DNA of 64,000 bases from positions 61,628,001 through 61,692,000 of the forward strand of contig OX597826.1 in NCBI GenBank assembly GCA_951406725.2. Reading direction: 5' to 3'. The position numbers and the translations under genes are program-made. Each line of letters opens with the position of its first letter. The first letter of the stretch is position 1. The notes beneath the pieces are model-generated. The model was given only the letters and a program-made list of their open reading frames with translations, had not been told where the DNA came from and made no database searches. The DNA is from Octopus vulgaris (lineage: Eukaryota). Shown piece by piece: positions 1-13,810 of the stretch.

Positions 1-850
1 GGATAGACAGGAAATCACGAAAACAACTATATTGACAGTTTGTATCTAACCTGCCAGAATGACGCGTGATAGAAAATCAGATATGAATATTGCATATTCT
101 CAGAGGAAAGTAACTTAGGATGACATACAAAGAATGGCGTAGGATACTTGATGGTTCGGGTGAGAATGTTTGGTATATTCAGGACAGATGGTTGCAAGTA
201 GTCAGAGGTGTACAAAACAAAATTTAAAAGGGCAAGACAATAGAAATGGAAAGAAAAAAGACGTAGGGGCAGTTTGCGAAAGACGTAAAAAAGAATGCAA
301 ATGTGGATGAAAGGTGGCTGTGACCAAAAGAAGAGAGACTTGAAGCCAGAGAGAGAATCACTTATCTGTGCTGCCCTGGAAGGGCTTAGGGTAAATTATT
401 CCAAAAACAGGAATGGCAATACCGCTGAAAGTAGCATGTACAGATCATGAGGTAAACTGTGAGACTGCATTGAGAACTTGTGAACGAATCTGACGCCCAA
501 AGTACAATATCGCAAGAATGAGAGTGTCATACTCATTCTTGCAACATTGAGTTAAGAGCTGGTACTGGTATAGGATATTCCCTAGAGGGAGTGATAGATA
601 ATGAAAATGTAAGAATATTGTGAAATGAAATCGTGTAATGTGATCGGAAAATCGAAATTATAAAAAAAATAATAGATAGAATGGTTATGAAAAAAAGGAA
701 AACAACTTGTTTCAACAGAGATACTACATGCCCTGGTGATGAACATGAAAGCGAAGAGGAGAAGCAGGTGAGATATGATGGTTTGAAGTGGAAGATGAAA
801 AGAACCGTTGAAGAAAGTAAGCTTATGCTGGTGTTATGCCTAGTGTGCCA
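1..850 (+). mobile_element. Degenerate R4/Dong-like RLE non-LTR retrotransposon, C-terminal fragment
   Basis: Broken frames give LKPERESLICAA, EGVIDNENVRIL and TCPGDEHESEEEKQVRYDGL. These parallel the LKAETEGFLIAA / ENEKATILWD / KLSKYKDL blocks of the 54123-55766 ORF. Confidence 0.65.
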
Positions 851-920
851 TATATTTGTTTTTCTACTTAGTTTTGAAAAAGAAAACATACGAAAATTAT
901 GTTTGTTTTAAAACTTGAGA

Positions 921-3460
921 TTACATAGAAAGTATTTTGCGTAGGATATGAGCAGTTCCTATGAGCGCTATCTTTTGAATTTCTGCCATTTTGGGGTTTC
1001 CTGGTATCTGAGTTAGGTAGCAATCAGCCCCTTTCGCTATCATTCCCAGGGCGCCTATGACAACAGGTATTGTTTTACTCTTCAGGTTCCACATTTTTGC
1101 GGATATTTCTATTTCAAGATCTTTATATTTGCTCAGTTTTTGGTAGGTCTTGACAGATACGTTTATATCGATTGGGACAGTCATACTAATGAGGAGGCAT
1201 GTTCGTTGTCTGAAGTCTTTCAATATGATGTCTGGCCTATTTGCATCTTTCTGTCAGTTTGAATGGTGAAGTTCCAGAGAAGTGAGATGTGGTCATTTTC
1301 AAGCACTGGAGGTGGATTGTGTTCCCGCCAATTTGTTTTCATGGGGCAAGTTCAGGGTTTTTCAAATTACCCAGTGAATATATTGTGCTGCTCTATCATG
1401 CCTGTTGAGATACTCTGTAGGCGCAAGAAGACTTTCAGAATATCTAAAGCAGCAGTTTTTGCAAGTGTTTTCATACACTTAGCTTTATCTGTGCTTGTTT
1501 CTAGTACGTCTAAATTCTGGAATTTGTTTTATTTGGAATCCACTTAGATATTTCTTTGCCGTTTTTTTTACTGAGTATGATGCTTTCTTGTCTTCATGCT
1601 ATGTGACAAATTTTAACACCCAGTCATCATGATATTTCTGGTAGGTGTCTAGGCCAATTGTAGCAATCTTCATTGTTATTGCCAGTTGTAAAAGTCCACG
1701 GCCTCCCTCTTTTCTTGGCAGATAAAGTCGTTCTATATCTGCCCTAGGGTGGTGCATTCTATGCTTTGTCAACAGTTTTCGTATTTTCTGTCAAGATTAC
1801 ATATTTCAATAATTGACCAGTTAATGATATTGAAGCAGTAAGTGACGACCAGTATGGCTAAAGTATTGATCGCTTCGATCCTGTTTCTGGTATCCAGCTC
1901 TGTCTTGAGTAATGCCCTTGCCCTGCGATAACAGTCTCTTCAAATCCTTTCCATCATTATTGAATATTTGATTCCATCCCCTTCAAATACCGTAAGGTAT
2001 TTGTAGCCCTCCACTGGTTCTAACTCCTTTATGACATACCGCTGGTCAAGATCAACTTTGGATGTTTCTGTCATTTTTATTCCGATAAAAGTAGCTTTTG
2101 CATATTTATCGCGGTCAAATTGCATCCTGGTGTCATCATTGAATTGTTTAACAATCGCTAGTAAACCCTGTAGCTGTTGGTCATTTCTTGCAAAGAGCTT
2201 TAAATCATCCATGTAAATGAGATGATTTATATTTTTATCAAACATTTAATAACCGTATTGTATACCATTGAGCAATTTCGAGAGAGAGGCATTAAGGACA
2301 GACAAAAGAAGAGTGGTGATAGAGAATCACTCTGGAAAATGCCACATAAAATTCTTACATCTCAAGCATTAAGAGATTCATTGTCCCTGTTCAAAGTCAG
2401 TGTGGTTCTCCATGATCTCATACTTGCAGACAAGAAGTTTCTCAGACTAGGTGCTATTTTAATCATTTTCAGACGTTTCTCAATCCAACTGCGTAGTAGA
2501 CTATCAAAAGCTTTTTTATTGTCTATCCAGGCTATCGACAAGATTTTGTGCCGTTTGAGACAATCTTCCAAGATCATCTTATTGATGAGTAGCTTATTTT
2601 TACAAGCATAGGACCCACGTTTACATCCTTTTTGATCATTAGGGAATATGCCATTTTCTATTAAAAAACTATAGGTATATTCAGTGAAGACAGATGTTAA
2701 TATTTTGTACATTGTAGTTAAGCTGGTTATTGGTCTATAATTTTTGGTTTATTTGTTTCTTCATGTTTTCGAAGTAGGAATGTTATACCATTAACTATCC
2801 AAGGGGAAATCACACTAGGTTGTTTCAAAACATTGTTGTAAAGTTTTGTTAGCAGTTCATGACACTCTGGGAGGGTATTCAATCAGAAATTAGGAATTTT
2901 ATCCTTTCCTGGAGATTTCCATTTGCTTGACTTCCCGAGAGAAGATCTTACATCATCTACCTTGATATCCTCCCACTTTTGCTCTTCTAAGGGGTCTAAG
3001 TCTGTAGATATCCTATGAATCCAAGGGTCCTTTTCATTGTGTGTTTTTTCTTCTGCCCAAAGTTTATTCCACAATTCCTGTATTTCTTCTTTTGTTGCAG
3101 TAGACTTTGCTGTAAGTGGTATGTTTCCTATTTTACTGTAAAAATCTTTGGGTTTATTTTTGAACATGCTGTTGTCCTTGAAGGATCTAACGTGCTTTTC
3201 ATACCTTGCTATGCGGACAGCTTTAGCACATGCATTTTGATTGATAGTTTCTATGATGGTATCGATGTCAAATATGGTTTTCATATATTTTTTCTTTAAT
3301 ATTCGGATTTTTGTTGGTTTGGTAGTCTTGTCAAACTTAAGGATTTTTAAACATTCTATGTCAGTTCTAAGTAAGTTCTCAGAATCAGTGTTAGTGGTAT
3401 CAAGCACAGTACAAAGACCAGTGGAGACAGGCAATCCCCTTGGAAGATGCCCCTCCTAAT
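921..3460 (-). mobile_element. Degraded R4/Dong-like RT-RLE non-LTR retrotransposon
   Basis: Collinear ORF pieces: KWKSPGKDKI (2883-3434), QKGCKRGSYACK..IAWIDNKKAFDS (2362-2712), YMDDLKLFA..YKYL (1940-2245) and the RLE end KLSKYKDLEIEI..IGALG..GTAHILRKILSM* (921-1223). Confidence 0.9.
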
Positions 3461-3481
3461 TTCTACTGCCCCTAAACTTCC

Positions 3482-4400
3482 CTATGCTGTCAGGTCCGTC
3501 TTCCAATTCGCCATACTTTTTCCAAGCAATCGCTCAACATTTGATGCAATACCAAATAGGTTTATACACTTCATAATCCAAGAATGTCGGATGATATCGT
3601 ACGCCTTACGATAGTCGATCCATGATATGGCTAAGTTACTTTTCCTCCTCTTGCAGTCTCTGAGTACAGTTTTCTCTATCAAGAGTTCATCCTTGGTACC
3701 TCTGCAATTACGCTTGCAACCCTTCTAATCATGTGCAGAACTCCATTTTCCCCCAGATGTTCGTACATTGACTCTGTGAGTATTCCAGTCAATAACTACC
3801 ACATAAGTGGCAAACAGGACATCGGCCTGTAATTGTCTACCGTATTGCCCTTTTCGATGTTTTTCAGGCACAGCACTGTCTTACCCAATGTCACCCACTC
3901 TGGTGTTAGTTGGTCGGCATTTAACAAGGTGTAGAGTTGTGCAGCTATTCGTGCATAACATTCACCAAATCGTTTGATCCAGTAGCCTTGAACTGCATCT
4001 GGTCCCGGGGCCTTCCAGTTGCTAATTTTTGCTGATTTCCTTCACTTCTCTAACTGAAATGACTAGTTCTGCCTGTTTTGGTAAGATTACTGTTTGTTTC
4101 AGTTCTTGCAACCATTCAGCATCCTTCTTGTGCTCCTTGTCTTTGCTCCAGATTTCACTCCAAAACCGTTGATTTTCAATGTTATCTGTGTCAACATTTC
4201 ATCTGTACACTCTCCATTTATTTATTTATAGAATCTCTTCTGATCTACTCTGAATAACCTATTCTGGTGGTAACCCTTCATTCTTTGGTCGTATCTTACC
4301 CTTTGCAACGAGGCGCTGTTTCAGTGCCTCCATTACTACTTTCAGGCCCTTTCTTTCAATATTATACTTCCTTTTCAGCGCCCTGTATTTTTTATTAACG
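3482..4400 (-). mobile_element. Second R4/Dong-like RT fragment (different subfamily)
   Basis: NWKAPGPDAVQGYWIK (~3975-4022) and [15 protein letters not shown] (3482-3682) are RT domain 0-3 motifs. Confidence 0.85.
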
Positions 4401-4550
4401 TCATCATTATATGCCCCCACCTCCTTCCCACTCCTCCTCGTCGTCGTCTCTTCCATATACGCATGAGTCGGACAGAATTCGTTGAAGCGGATTTTCTGTT
4501 GCCGGATGCCCTTCATACATACACGTTTGCATACATACATTTTGAGAGAT

Positions 4551-5637
4551 TGTTTTAAAAATATTTAATTGCATCATTTTACGCGCGTTTCATTAACACA
4601 GCCTTTTTATCCGTTATAATACGCGAATTATTTAATGAAATTGCTTTCTCAAGCAATCTCTTCAATTGTGTTTTCTATGTCTTCTGTGATATATCCTACA
4701 AGATGATACAAATCCTCCCTACAGTTTCCCTTCAGACATACAGAAATACAAATGAACCTCTAAGTATGCTATTAGAGGTTCATTTGATGTGCTATTTAAA
4801 TTTGAAATCGCTCGCACACAAACACACATGCGCGCGCGTGCAATAAAATTGATGAAAAGAATACAGTGAGTTTGATGCCGTGGCGTGTGGGAAGTCCAAC
4901 GTTTCAGACAGATTTTACAAATGATGTAAGTCTCTCTGAAATCTGTTTGGTTATATGCTTGTCTGTCAATACATACATACATGTATGTGCGTGTGTGTAT
5001 ATGTGTGTGTACACATATATACGTATAGTGAGAGCTTCCATAAAAAAAAACAACAACAAATATTATCCTCTATGCTATCTCTAAACACGGATACTCTCCT
5101 ATACATACACATACCAACTGCTCGTTCTCTCTTCCTAACTCCTCATAGAACTGCATTCTCTCCTGCTCCTTAAACTTTGTATTTTTCCTATTTTCTTTGT
5201 TATTTTGAAATACCTTTTCTCTTATTGTTCCCACTTATTTTCTTTCTTTCTTCCGATGCAGGACTAGTGTCCGAAACATCAATAATTCTTTCATTTCGTT
5301 TCATGCGTTAAACTAATACCATCGTTCTTAAAACTAATTCTTCTCTTTTAGTCTTCTATTTTTGCTCATAAACTACTATTTATAACTATTAACTATGAGA
5401 TGGTAATTTCCTGTTACATGAACACCCTAACTTAGAAACATTAAACGATAGAAAAAAGGGAAACTGTAGGGAGGATTTGTATCATCTTGTAGGATATATC
5501 ACAGAAGACATAAAAAATACAATTGAAGAGATTGCTTGAGAAAGCAATTTCATTAAATAATTCGCGTATTATAACGGATAAAAAGGCTGTGTTAATGAAA
5601 TACGCGTAAAATGATGCAATTAAATATTTTATAAACA
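4551..5637. repeat. ~180-bp inverted repeat pair (4551-4732 / 5456-5637)
   Basis: The two arms are near-exact reverse complements (e.g. atatcctacaagatgatacaaatcctccctacagtttccctt / aagggaaactgtagggaggatttgtatcatcttgtaggatat). Confidence 0.9.
5253..5280 (+). ncRNA. Degenerate minimal hammerhead-like motif
   Basis: ccgatgca-ggac-tagt-gtcc-gaaa-catc. Stem II and GAAA are intact but the core is mutated; the downstream tail resembles the 58724-58920 element. Confidence 0.35.
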
Positions 5638-6460
5638 TCAATATGTTAAGGGTAGATAAATTATTAACTAACCCCAGAGCTAGGGAAGTGTCATATACTG
5701 TCAGTTACAATGCAAGACTTAAACACTAATTAGTTCCATCGGTACATAGCATTAGCAGAAAATTATTTGTATATCTTATAAAGGAGCATTCAATCCTGCT
5801 GCACATTATTAGAATGATGCGTAAAAAGAAATCGAATTGAAAGAAAATTAGCGCAAGACTTAGAGAAATCAACAACACACAGAAAAGAATGAGGAAGTAT
5901 AAATTGAAGGTATAATGTAAGGAAGAATGAGAGAAAAAAGAATTGAAAGGAAAAAAGCAGGCTGGAAAAGCATCATTAACCTACATACTCTCCTTATCTC
6001 AGGTAACACAATGCACATAGGAATAGCACAATGACGTAAACAACATAACTTTTTCCCGACGCCTTTCAATTCAATCCTTATAAAATATCGCCACATGAAT
6101 TATCAATCACGTTGTTTGCCCTTAACCTCTACCAAGACAAATATTTCCGAAATTACTTCTCAGACAACAGATTTTGAGGCCATTTCCCTAACACTCCTTT
6201 CAGTTCCTCTTTTTCCTCTTCTTAATCTCTTTCTTTTTTTTTCTCTCTCTCTCACCCTTTCTTTGCGTCCTGTTAATTATTCTCTTCTTTACCCCACACC
6301 CCTCATTTCAATCTTCCCTCGTCCACCCACTTGTTCTTTTAAAACTCTTTCAATAGCAGTTCTGAGAAAAATCACACGGCTAGAACAGGTTTTATCAAAT
6401 ATTGTCAGTATCATAAGCACGTTAATTCAAACACACAAAGACAGGTTTCCATACCTTACG

Positions 6461-6546
<86 letters not shown>
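6461..6546. repeat. (TATC)n microsatellite
   Basis: Direct reading. Confidence 0.95.
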
Positions 6547-6547
<1 letters not shown>

Positions 6548-7186
6548 ATATCCATCATGTTAGAACGTATTAGAGTAAACAAGATTTGTGAGAATTCAAT
6601 ACCGAATAAAAATAATACCTAAAATTATAAAATGCAAGTGTGTGAAAAGGCGGTGTGAAAGGTCATACCTTGAATTGTGTAAAAACTGCTTTCTGTATAA
6701 TCTAAACAGCACGGGAGCGATCTAATGGGGTTAAATGATTTGAAATAAAAGAGCTTTGTCTAGTTGTTAGTGACTGACATAAATTCTGAGAAGTATTTAA
6801 ATCCATCTGAAGAAAAAGCTTGCACCTAGTGGCTCCTTTACTTAAGCACAAACATACAAATGCACAAATACACACACACACTCGTGCACGCGCGCACACA
6901 CACACGACCACGCACGCACGCACACGCACGCACACACACACACACACACACACGCACAAGACAGGTTTCTGTAAGTTTCTGCCTGCTAGTTCTACTCATA
7001 AGGCTTTGGTTGGCCTGAGGCTGTAGCAGAAGAGAAGACACTTGCTCAAGGTGCTACGCAATGGGCCTGAACCCGGAACTCTATAGCTGGGAGACAAACT
7101 TCTTATCGCTTAGCCATGCCGTCGCATATGTGTGTGTGTGCGTGTGTGTGTGTGTGTGTGCGTGTGTGCGAATATATATATAAGAA

Positions 7187-7415
7187 GGCGGCGAGCTGGC
7201 AGAAACGTTAGCGCGCCGGGCGATAGGCTTAGCGGTATTTCGTCTGTCGTTACGTTCTGAGTTCAAATTCCGCCGAGGTCGACTTTACCTTTCATCCTTT
7301 TGGGGTCGATAAATAAAGTAACAGTTTCGCACTGGGGTCAATGTAATCGACTTACTCCCTTTGTCTGTCCTTGTTTGTCCCCTCTATGTTTAGCCCCTTG
7401 TGGGCAGTAAAGAAA
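7187..7415 (+). mobile_element. tRNA-derived SINE family A (MetaSINE-like central domain)
   Basis: Head ggcggcgagctggcag, B-box gagttcaaattcc, central cctttcatccttt(c/t)ggggtcgataaa and tail gccccttgtggg..aaagaaat. More than 12 copies in the window. Confidence 0.85.
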
Positions 7416-7429
7416 TATATATATATAAT

Positions 7430-8645
7430 TTTGTTGAAGTGGGAGTGAATGTGGCAAAGATGGCCCACGTTAATGGGCCTACTCTGATTGTAAGCTGGGG
7501 GAGTTGAGAAGGAGGGAAGCACTTGCTGAGGTACCCTTGGCGGTTGGGATAATCAGGATGTGTGGGGTTATCCCTGGGTGGACTCTCCCACCATTTTGGG
7601 AAATTTCATTGTCGAATTTTTGTTATTAATTGTTCTTGTTTTAATTCATGCAAGAAGTTTTGTGCTAGGCCCCACTTGTCCCATGTGATGTATTGCCCCT
7701 TTTTGCTTTGTGTTCGGCTCTCCTGTCCAATTAAGAAAACAATATGTTCCGCTTTAGAGCATAAGTGGTGGGGAAGTGCGAAGTGGTTCTCGGGGGAACT
7801 CTGGGCACCGACGAGAACGAACTGGTTAGTCTGTTCCGGAGGACTTTCCGGTCGGGAACTATCATGGATAATTTTCAGATGTCCTTGGCCTGTCAGTGCT
7901 ACCGGGGTGGGGTTGGGGTCACTACCGGTTCGAGTATGTGCTGTCAGACGGGCTTGTCCGAAGTGTGCGCAGAATGACGAAACCGTTCAGCACGCCCTCG
8001 TTGAGTGTCCGGGCATTGCTGACTTGTGGGGTTATGTCGAACAGCTGCTGTCACGAGTGGGACGGTTCCGTCTGTCGGCCGAGTCTGTAATGATGATCGC
8101 ACCATCACCCTCCTACAATCGGACAGGCAAAGCGGTTTTTTTCCTTGCCTGGTGGCTGTGGTGGAAGAGGTTGTTTGGCGGACAAGGCTGAAAAGCATGA
8201 GGACCGATACATTCCCTTTTGGTAGATCTCTCATTGACTTCTTCAAGTTACACTTGAAAAGGAAACTGAGTGGAGAGGGAAGTGCTGACCTCGAGTGAGT
8301 TTATTGAAAAGTGGGTGAATGTTGCAAGAAGGGCAAGAATGGATGGTACCTCTCTAAGTGTAGACTTGTGAGTCGGAGAGAAGGAATTGGATAGGACGCT
8401 TGCTCCTGGGATTTCAGGGAAATCTCGGACAGTGGGTTTCTTCGATTATTCCTTGAGGCCTTCCTGTATAAGGAGGGCCACATCTCTATTATCCTCCCCG
8501 CCACTTTTTTAAAACCTTTCTTTCTTTCTTCCTTCCTTTCTTTCTTCTGTTTCTCAATCATTTTTTTATGTGTAAACCCCCACAGTTTATGTCTCTCTTT
8601 GTATTGCCCCCCTCATCCTTCTCCCTTGTGGCAAATAAATGAAAT
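7430..8645 (+). mobile_element. Tx1/L1-clade LINE 3' fragments (two pieces in tandem)
   Basis: Zinc-finger CPKCAQNDETVQHALVECP, pyrimidine-rich 3'UTR and end cccttgtggcaaataaatgaaat followed by (CAT)n/(ATT)n. Confidence 0.75.
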
Positions 8646-8687
8646 CATCATCATCATAATTATTATTATTATTATTATTATTATTAA

Positions 8688-8788
8688 GGTCACTGACTAG
8701 AATCGAACTCAGAATCTTGGGGTTAGTAGCCCGCGCCCTTAACCACTACACCATATGCCCGTGGGCATATGGCGTAGTGGTTAAGAGG
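8688..8788 (-). mobile_element. tRNA-like head of the tRNA-HHR element, with fold-back inversion
   Basis: Reverse complement of 40024-40110, centred on the palindrome catatgccc-gt-gggcatatg. Confidence 0.75.
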
Positions 8789-9735
8789 ATATAAGCGAGA
8801 ATGACCTGGAATAAACTTTGGCCATAGAGGAGAACAGACTAACCATTCCCTTCGGAGGACTTTCAGGTCAGAGATTATAGACAACTTCCTCAAGTCATTA
8901 GCATGACAGTGCTACAGTATGGCATGGCAAGTTCGAGACAATCTCTATAGCCATGTAAATGTCAACAGCCGGACCTTTCCGAGAGACGTTTAGGGACAGG
9001 AAACTGTCCCTAGCCCCATTGTTTAGTGTACACGCATTAGAGACTTGTGGATTTGCGTCGAATGCCTTCTGTCGTGCCTACGATGAATTAGGCTGTCCGC
9101 TGTGCCTACAGCGGAGATACATACTCGCACCACTTCTCGCAGTATGTTTAACGAATGGAAGATGAGAATGGCATGACTGGTGAGGTTGAATGAGGATGGT
9201 TTTATAAGGTGTAAAAACTGGGAATAGGATATGAAAGAATAGTTAAGGCTTTTTTGTGATAAAGTATACCATGTTATCGCTTATTGCTTTCGGTGCTTCT
9301 ATAGTCGTAAGCTAGCAAAGATACCCTTTGGCCCAACGGTACATTCAGATTATGACAGTTGCAGGAAGAGAAAGCAGCACCAGTAATCGACAGGAACCAA
9401 TTTGGAGGTGAGTAAACTGGAGTAATATGAAACTATGAGCCGCCGTTCTAGGAACTGAACCCTTGGCTTTATGACCTTGAGCCGAACACACTAACCACTA
9501 TACTACTATACCACTTACTTTCACTGGAAGGAACTCAGTGGAAACAAAATAATAGAAATACGGGGAGAAGGAGGAAAGAGGAGAGAGTATGAAGAATGTT
9601 GAAAAAGAGGTAGAAAGAAGGGGCAAGAGAAAGAATAAGTGTGAGGTGAGGTTAGGGTAGGGAATTGTGTATTGGCGTGAAAGTACCAAAACTAGATTAG
9701 GTAAAACCAGAATTTATCTTAGTGGGAGAGAGGTG

Positions 9736-9789
<54 letters not shown>

Positions 9790-9816
9790 TATATATATAT
9801 ATATATATATGGATGG

Positions 9817-10193
9817 GAAGCACTCCGTCGGTTACGACGATGAGGGTTCCGGTTGATCCGAATCAACGGAACAGCCTGCTCGTGAAATTAACGTGTAAGT
9901 GGCTGAGCACTCCACAGACACGTGTACCCTTAACGTAGTTCTCGGGGATATTCAGCGTGACACAGAGAGTGACAAGGCCGGCCCTTTGAAATACAGGTAC
10001 AACAGAAACAGGAAGTAAGAGTGAGAGAAAGTTGTGGTGAAAGAGTACAGCAGGGATCACCACCATCCCTGTCGGAGCCTCGTGGAGCTTTAGGTGTTTT
10101 CGCTCAATAAACACTCACAACGCCCGGTGTGGGAATCGAAACCGCGATCCTACGACCGCGAGTGGAGGCGCAATGGCCCAGTGGTTAGGGCAG

Positions 10194-10197
<4 letters not shown>
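9817..10197 (-). mobile_element. tRNA-derived SINE family B with inverted 5' head
   Basis: The body is the reverse complement of 24181-24530; the head (10162-10197) lies on the opposite strand. Confidence 0.85.
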
Positions 10198-10242
<45 letters not shown>

Positions 10243-10311
10243 TAACAATTGAGGATAAAATCTTTAAAAGAAAGTTGGTATCTACGAATAGTAGTACCCT
10301 CAATATAATAT

Positions 10312-10387
<76 letters not shown>

Positions 10388-10395
10388 ATGTAAGT

Positions 10396-10540
10396 GAAGT
10401 TTGGCTAAACAATGCTTATGACTTGAATTGGATAGGGTGCGGTAGAAAGTATGTTGACCGTATTGTCGAAGTTTGGCTAAACAATGCTTATGACTTGAAT
10501 TGGATAGGGTGCGGTAGAAAATTTGTTGACTGTATTGTCG
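10396..10540. repeat. 72-bp tandem duplication
   Basis: gaagtttggctaaacaatgc...gtattgtc occurs twice, at 10396 and 10468. Confidence 0.9.
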
Positions 10541-10999
10541 TCATAAACCGTGGAAATAATAGATAGAATTTAGTTTTGATAGAAGTAAGGAAAAAATAAA
10601 ATGAGTTTGTTTATTCATATACAACCTACGTATATGAAAATGGGTTGGGCCTGAGTGTCGATTACAAATAACATATAGTGTGAATATATTCTTTTAGTTT
10701 TTCTTTTATTCTTTTATTTATTTGAGTAATTTGACTGCGGCCATGCTGGATCACCGCCTTTTAGTCAAACAAATCGACCCCAGGACTTATTCTTTGTAAG
10801 TCTAGTACATATTCCATCGGTTTATTTAAGTGATATTGTGGGTAAAATACAAACATTCACAATAATGACTTTTATTACTTTTATTCCTACCTCAGTTCAT
10901 CTAATTGTATATATTTATATCTATCGTTACTTTTCATAAAATGCCTTTACTTTTTTGATTTCCCCGTGTAGTTTCTATTTTCTTTTTGTAACATATTTC

Positions 11000-11039
<40 letters not shown>

Positions 11040-11043
<4 letters not shown>

Positions 11044-11435
11044 GGGAATATTATTCCAAACTTACAGGGAAAAATTCAATCAAGTAATACTAAATAAAAT
11101 TTCACAATATATATATATGTATATAAATTAGAGAAGAACCACCTTTTATCAATTCAGCAATGACATAATGATAAAATTAAATTATACCATATAGAAAAAA
11201 ATTAAATATACGATAAAAACATATACAAATAATGAAGTAAAGTACAAAATAATAAATAAAAAGTATATTGTCCTTTTACCAATTATATACTTTTTTATTT
11301 ATTATTTTGTACTTTACTTAATTATCGGTATATGTTTTTATCGTATATTTATTTTTTTCTATATGGTATAATTTAATTATATCATTATTATTTCATTGTT
11401 GAATTGATGGTGGTTCTTCTCTAATTTACATACAT
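11040..11435. mobile_element. (TA)n-embedded AT-rich element with ~320-bp imperfect hairpin (Penelope-like derivative)
   Basis: Arms at 11117-11268 and 11285-11435 are reverse complements; the start resembles 37327-37440. Confidence 0.65.
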
Positions 11436-11443
11436 TCATACAT

Positions 11444-11560
<117 letters not shown>

Positions 11561-12216
11561 CACGACAAGCTTCTTTCAGTTTCTGTCTACCAAATCCACT
11601 CACAAGGCTTTGGTCGGTTCGAGGCTATAATAGAAGGCACTTGCGCAAGGTTCCACGCAGTGGAATCGAACCTGGAACCATGTGGTTGGAAAGCAAGCTA
11701 CTTTCCATACATCTTCACATAATATAAATAGCTAATAAAGGCCTTTTATTCCTCTTTGTTGACAATCGTGTCCACTTTCTTCTCAGCCTTTGTAGTCTTT
11801 CACGTTTAGGTGTATGAGAAAACGAGAAAAAGAGAAAAAGGGAGAGAGAGAGAAATAACAATAAACAAAAGTTTATTGTAAAAACTAATTCCCTTACTAA
11901 ATTTTATGAAATGCTTCACCATCTGTATAACGTCACATATTAGTCCACGGTAATACAATGCAATAAAATGTTCCCTGACGATCCTTTATGGTTAATCATC
12001 CAGTTTCTGTTCTTGGACGAAACGTACGTAGGTACAAATGATATAAGCTCGTGTTTATCGTAATTTCTTCTACATTTACTGTGTATATCCCAACTAGAAA
12101 TACCATTAAATATTGTAGTTGCCTAACCACTAGATTGAACGTTGATAATGTATGTGTAGCTTTCAAATATAATGTGTGTGTGTGTGTGTATGAGTGTTAG
12201 TGAGTGTGTGTATGTG

Positions 12217-12545
12217 AAGGCTCATGACGCAATCGTCGGGTTTACAGTTCATGAGCGTCGGGGTTACAGTTCTGAGATTGTGAGTTCGATTCCTGGACCG
12301 GGCTGTGTGTTATGTTCCTGAACCAGACATTTTATTTCACGTTGCTCCAGTTCACTCAGAAGTAGAAATGGTTTCCGATGTCGCTGGTTCCACGTGGTGT
12401 TGGCCTTTGACTTTCTCTTGTACAAGGTCGAAGGTGTGGAGAGAGAAGATTGGTGGGTATGCGTGGGCAACTGCTGGTCTTCTACAAATAACCTTGTCTG
12501 GAACATTATAGCTGCAATCCCATAGTAATTCGTGACCGAGTGGGG
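12217..12545 (+). mobile_element. tRNA-derived SINE family D (diverged)
   Basis: B-box gagttcgattcc and tttatttcacgttgctccagttcactcag. Related diverged copies at ~9380-9500 and ~38600-38760 (-). Confidence 0.6.
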
Positions 12546-12675
12546 TCTTATATATATAGGACAAAAAGGTTTCTAAATTCAAAGAAAACGGAAAATACAT
12601 ATATAGAGTAATCAATTTATTAACATAGTCCAGTCAAATTCATATGTGTGTCTGTTCAAACTGCATATATAACTG

Positions 12676-12721
<46 letters not shown>

Positions 12722-12724
12722 CTG

Positions 12725-12779
<55 letters not shown>

Positions 12780-12780
12780 C

Positions 12781-12835
<55 letters not shown>

Positions 12836-13182
12836 TACATATCATGAACTAACTGTTACTTTCTCAAATGCAGCACGGAATTTGGCCAGTGAACAGGTCG
12901 CACTCTCAAAGCGACGAAAATATTTTGACAAATTAAATTTAGATGTTGAAGTGAATCAAACGGTTTTTGTCTATTTTTAAATGGCTTATAAACACCTTCC
13001 ACACTGCAAAATTTATATTAGTTACTAGTAAATATAATTATCTATTGAAATATATTAATTGATAGGTTGGATTCATACATATATAGTTCAGTCTATTTAA
13101 ATTATAGTATAGATACATGATTCATAGGTTTTATTTACACGGTGTTTATCTTAACCATATATAATAATAATAATAATAATAA

Positions 13183-13308
13183 TTGTGTACAGTGCTCAGG
13201 TGCACTACAACTCATCTAAAATGTATATATAATCAGGTGTAGTTTCGACGGATTTCAGGAAGCATGAGGGCCTTAAAGGATGCAGTGTCATGGCAGTCAA
13301 CAACTGAT
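13183..13308 (-). mobile_element. CR1/L2-like LINE 3' end with (ATT)n tail
   Basis: The minus strand reads SVVDCHDTASFKALML, then a short 3'UTR and the repeat tail. Confidence 0.45.
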
Positions 13309-13444
13309 ATATTTAAATTTATTGAATGTATATTTAACTGTGTGAACGATTCATAGGTATTATATACACAGTGTTTATTGTAACCCTATCTACTTAAAAA
13401 TTTATTAAATGTATATTTAACTTCATGAACACAACAGGGTCCTC

Positions 13445-13810
13445 TTTCCCTTTTGTCGATTAATTTGTGCTTTGATGCTAGACTTAAGGATCTGGTAAAT
13501 TTCTTCGATTCAATGTTCGCATTTTTTGTTCCCATTGCTATAAGATTTTGCTCGGCTAATTATTTCCCACGTAAGTGTATAATCCTCATTTTTATCCTTT
13601 ATCGACCAAATTAGTATACTAAGACTGGTGCTAGCCTCTTTTTTCTATCCCTGAAGGTGTTTTCCTGATTACATATCCTTCTTTCTATGTAATTTTCCGC
13701 TGAACCTACATAGTAGTAATCCTGTCGCACAGATACAACCTTACGTTCATATAATCCTTTTTCCCCCACAAAAAATTTAATGGACACTGTTTACCTTTAG
13801 CACAATTACA
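13445..13810 (-). mobile_element. Penelope-like element GIY-YIG endonuclease remnant
   Basis: Minus-strand translation across frameshifts: CNCAKGKQCP..KGLYE..YYYVGSAENYIERRI..STSLSILIWSIKDK..TWEIISRAKSYSNGNKKC..EEIYQIL. This is the CCHH/GIY-YIG layout typical of Penelope-like elements. Confidence 0.8.

Noticed and set aside
11968-12031. Candidate first exon (ATG..G|gtacaa, phase 1)
   Set aside because: The phase fits, but the donor is weak and acidic residues spoil the signal peptide; there is no independent support.
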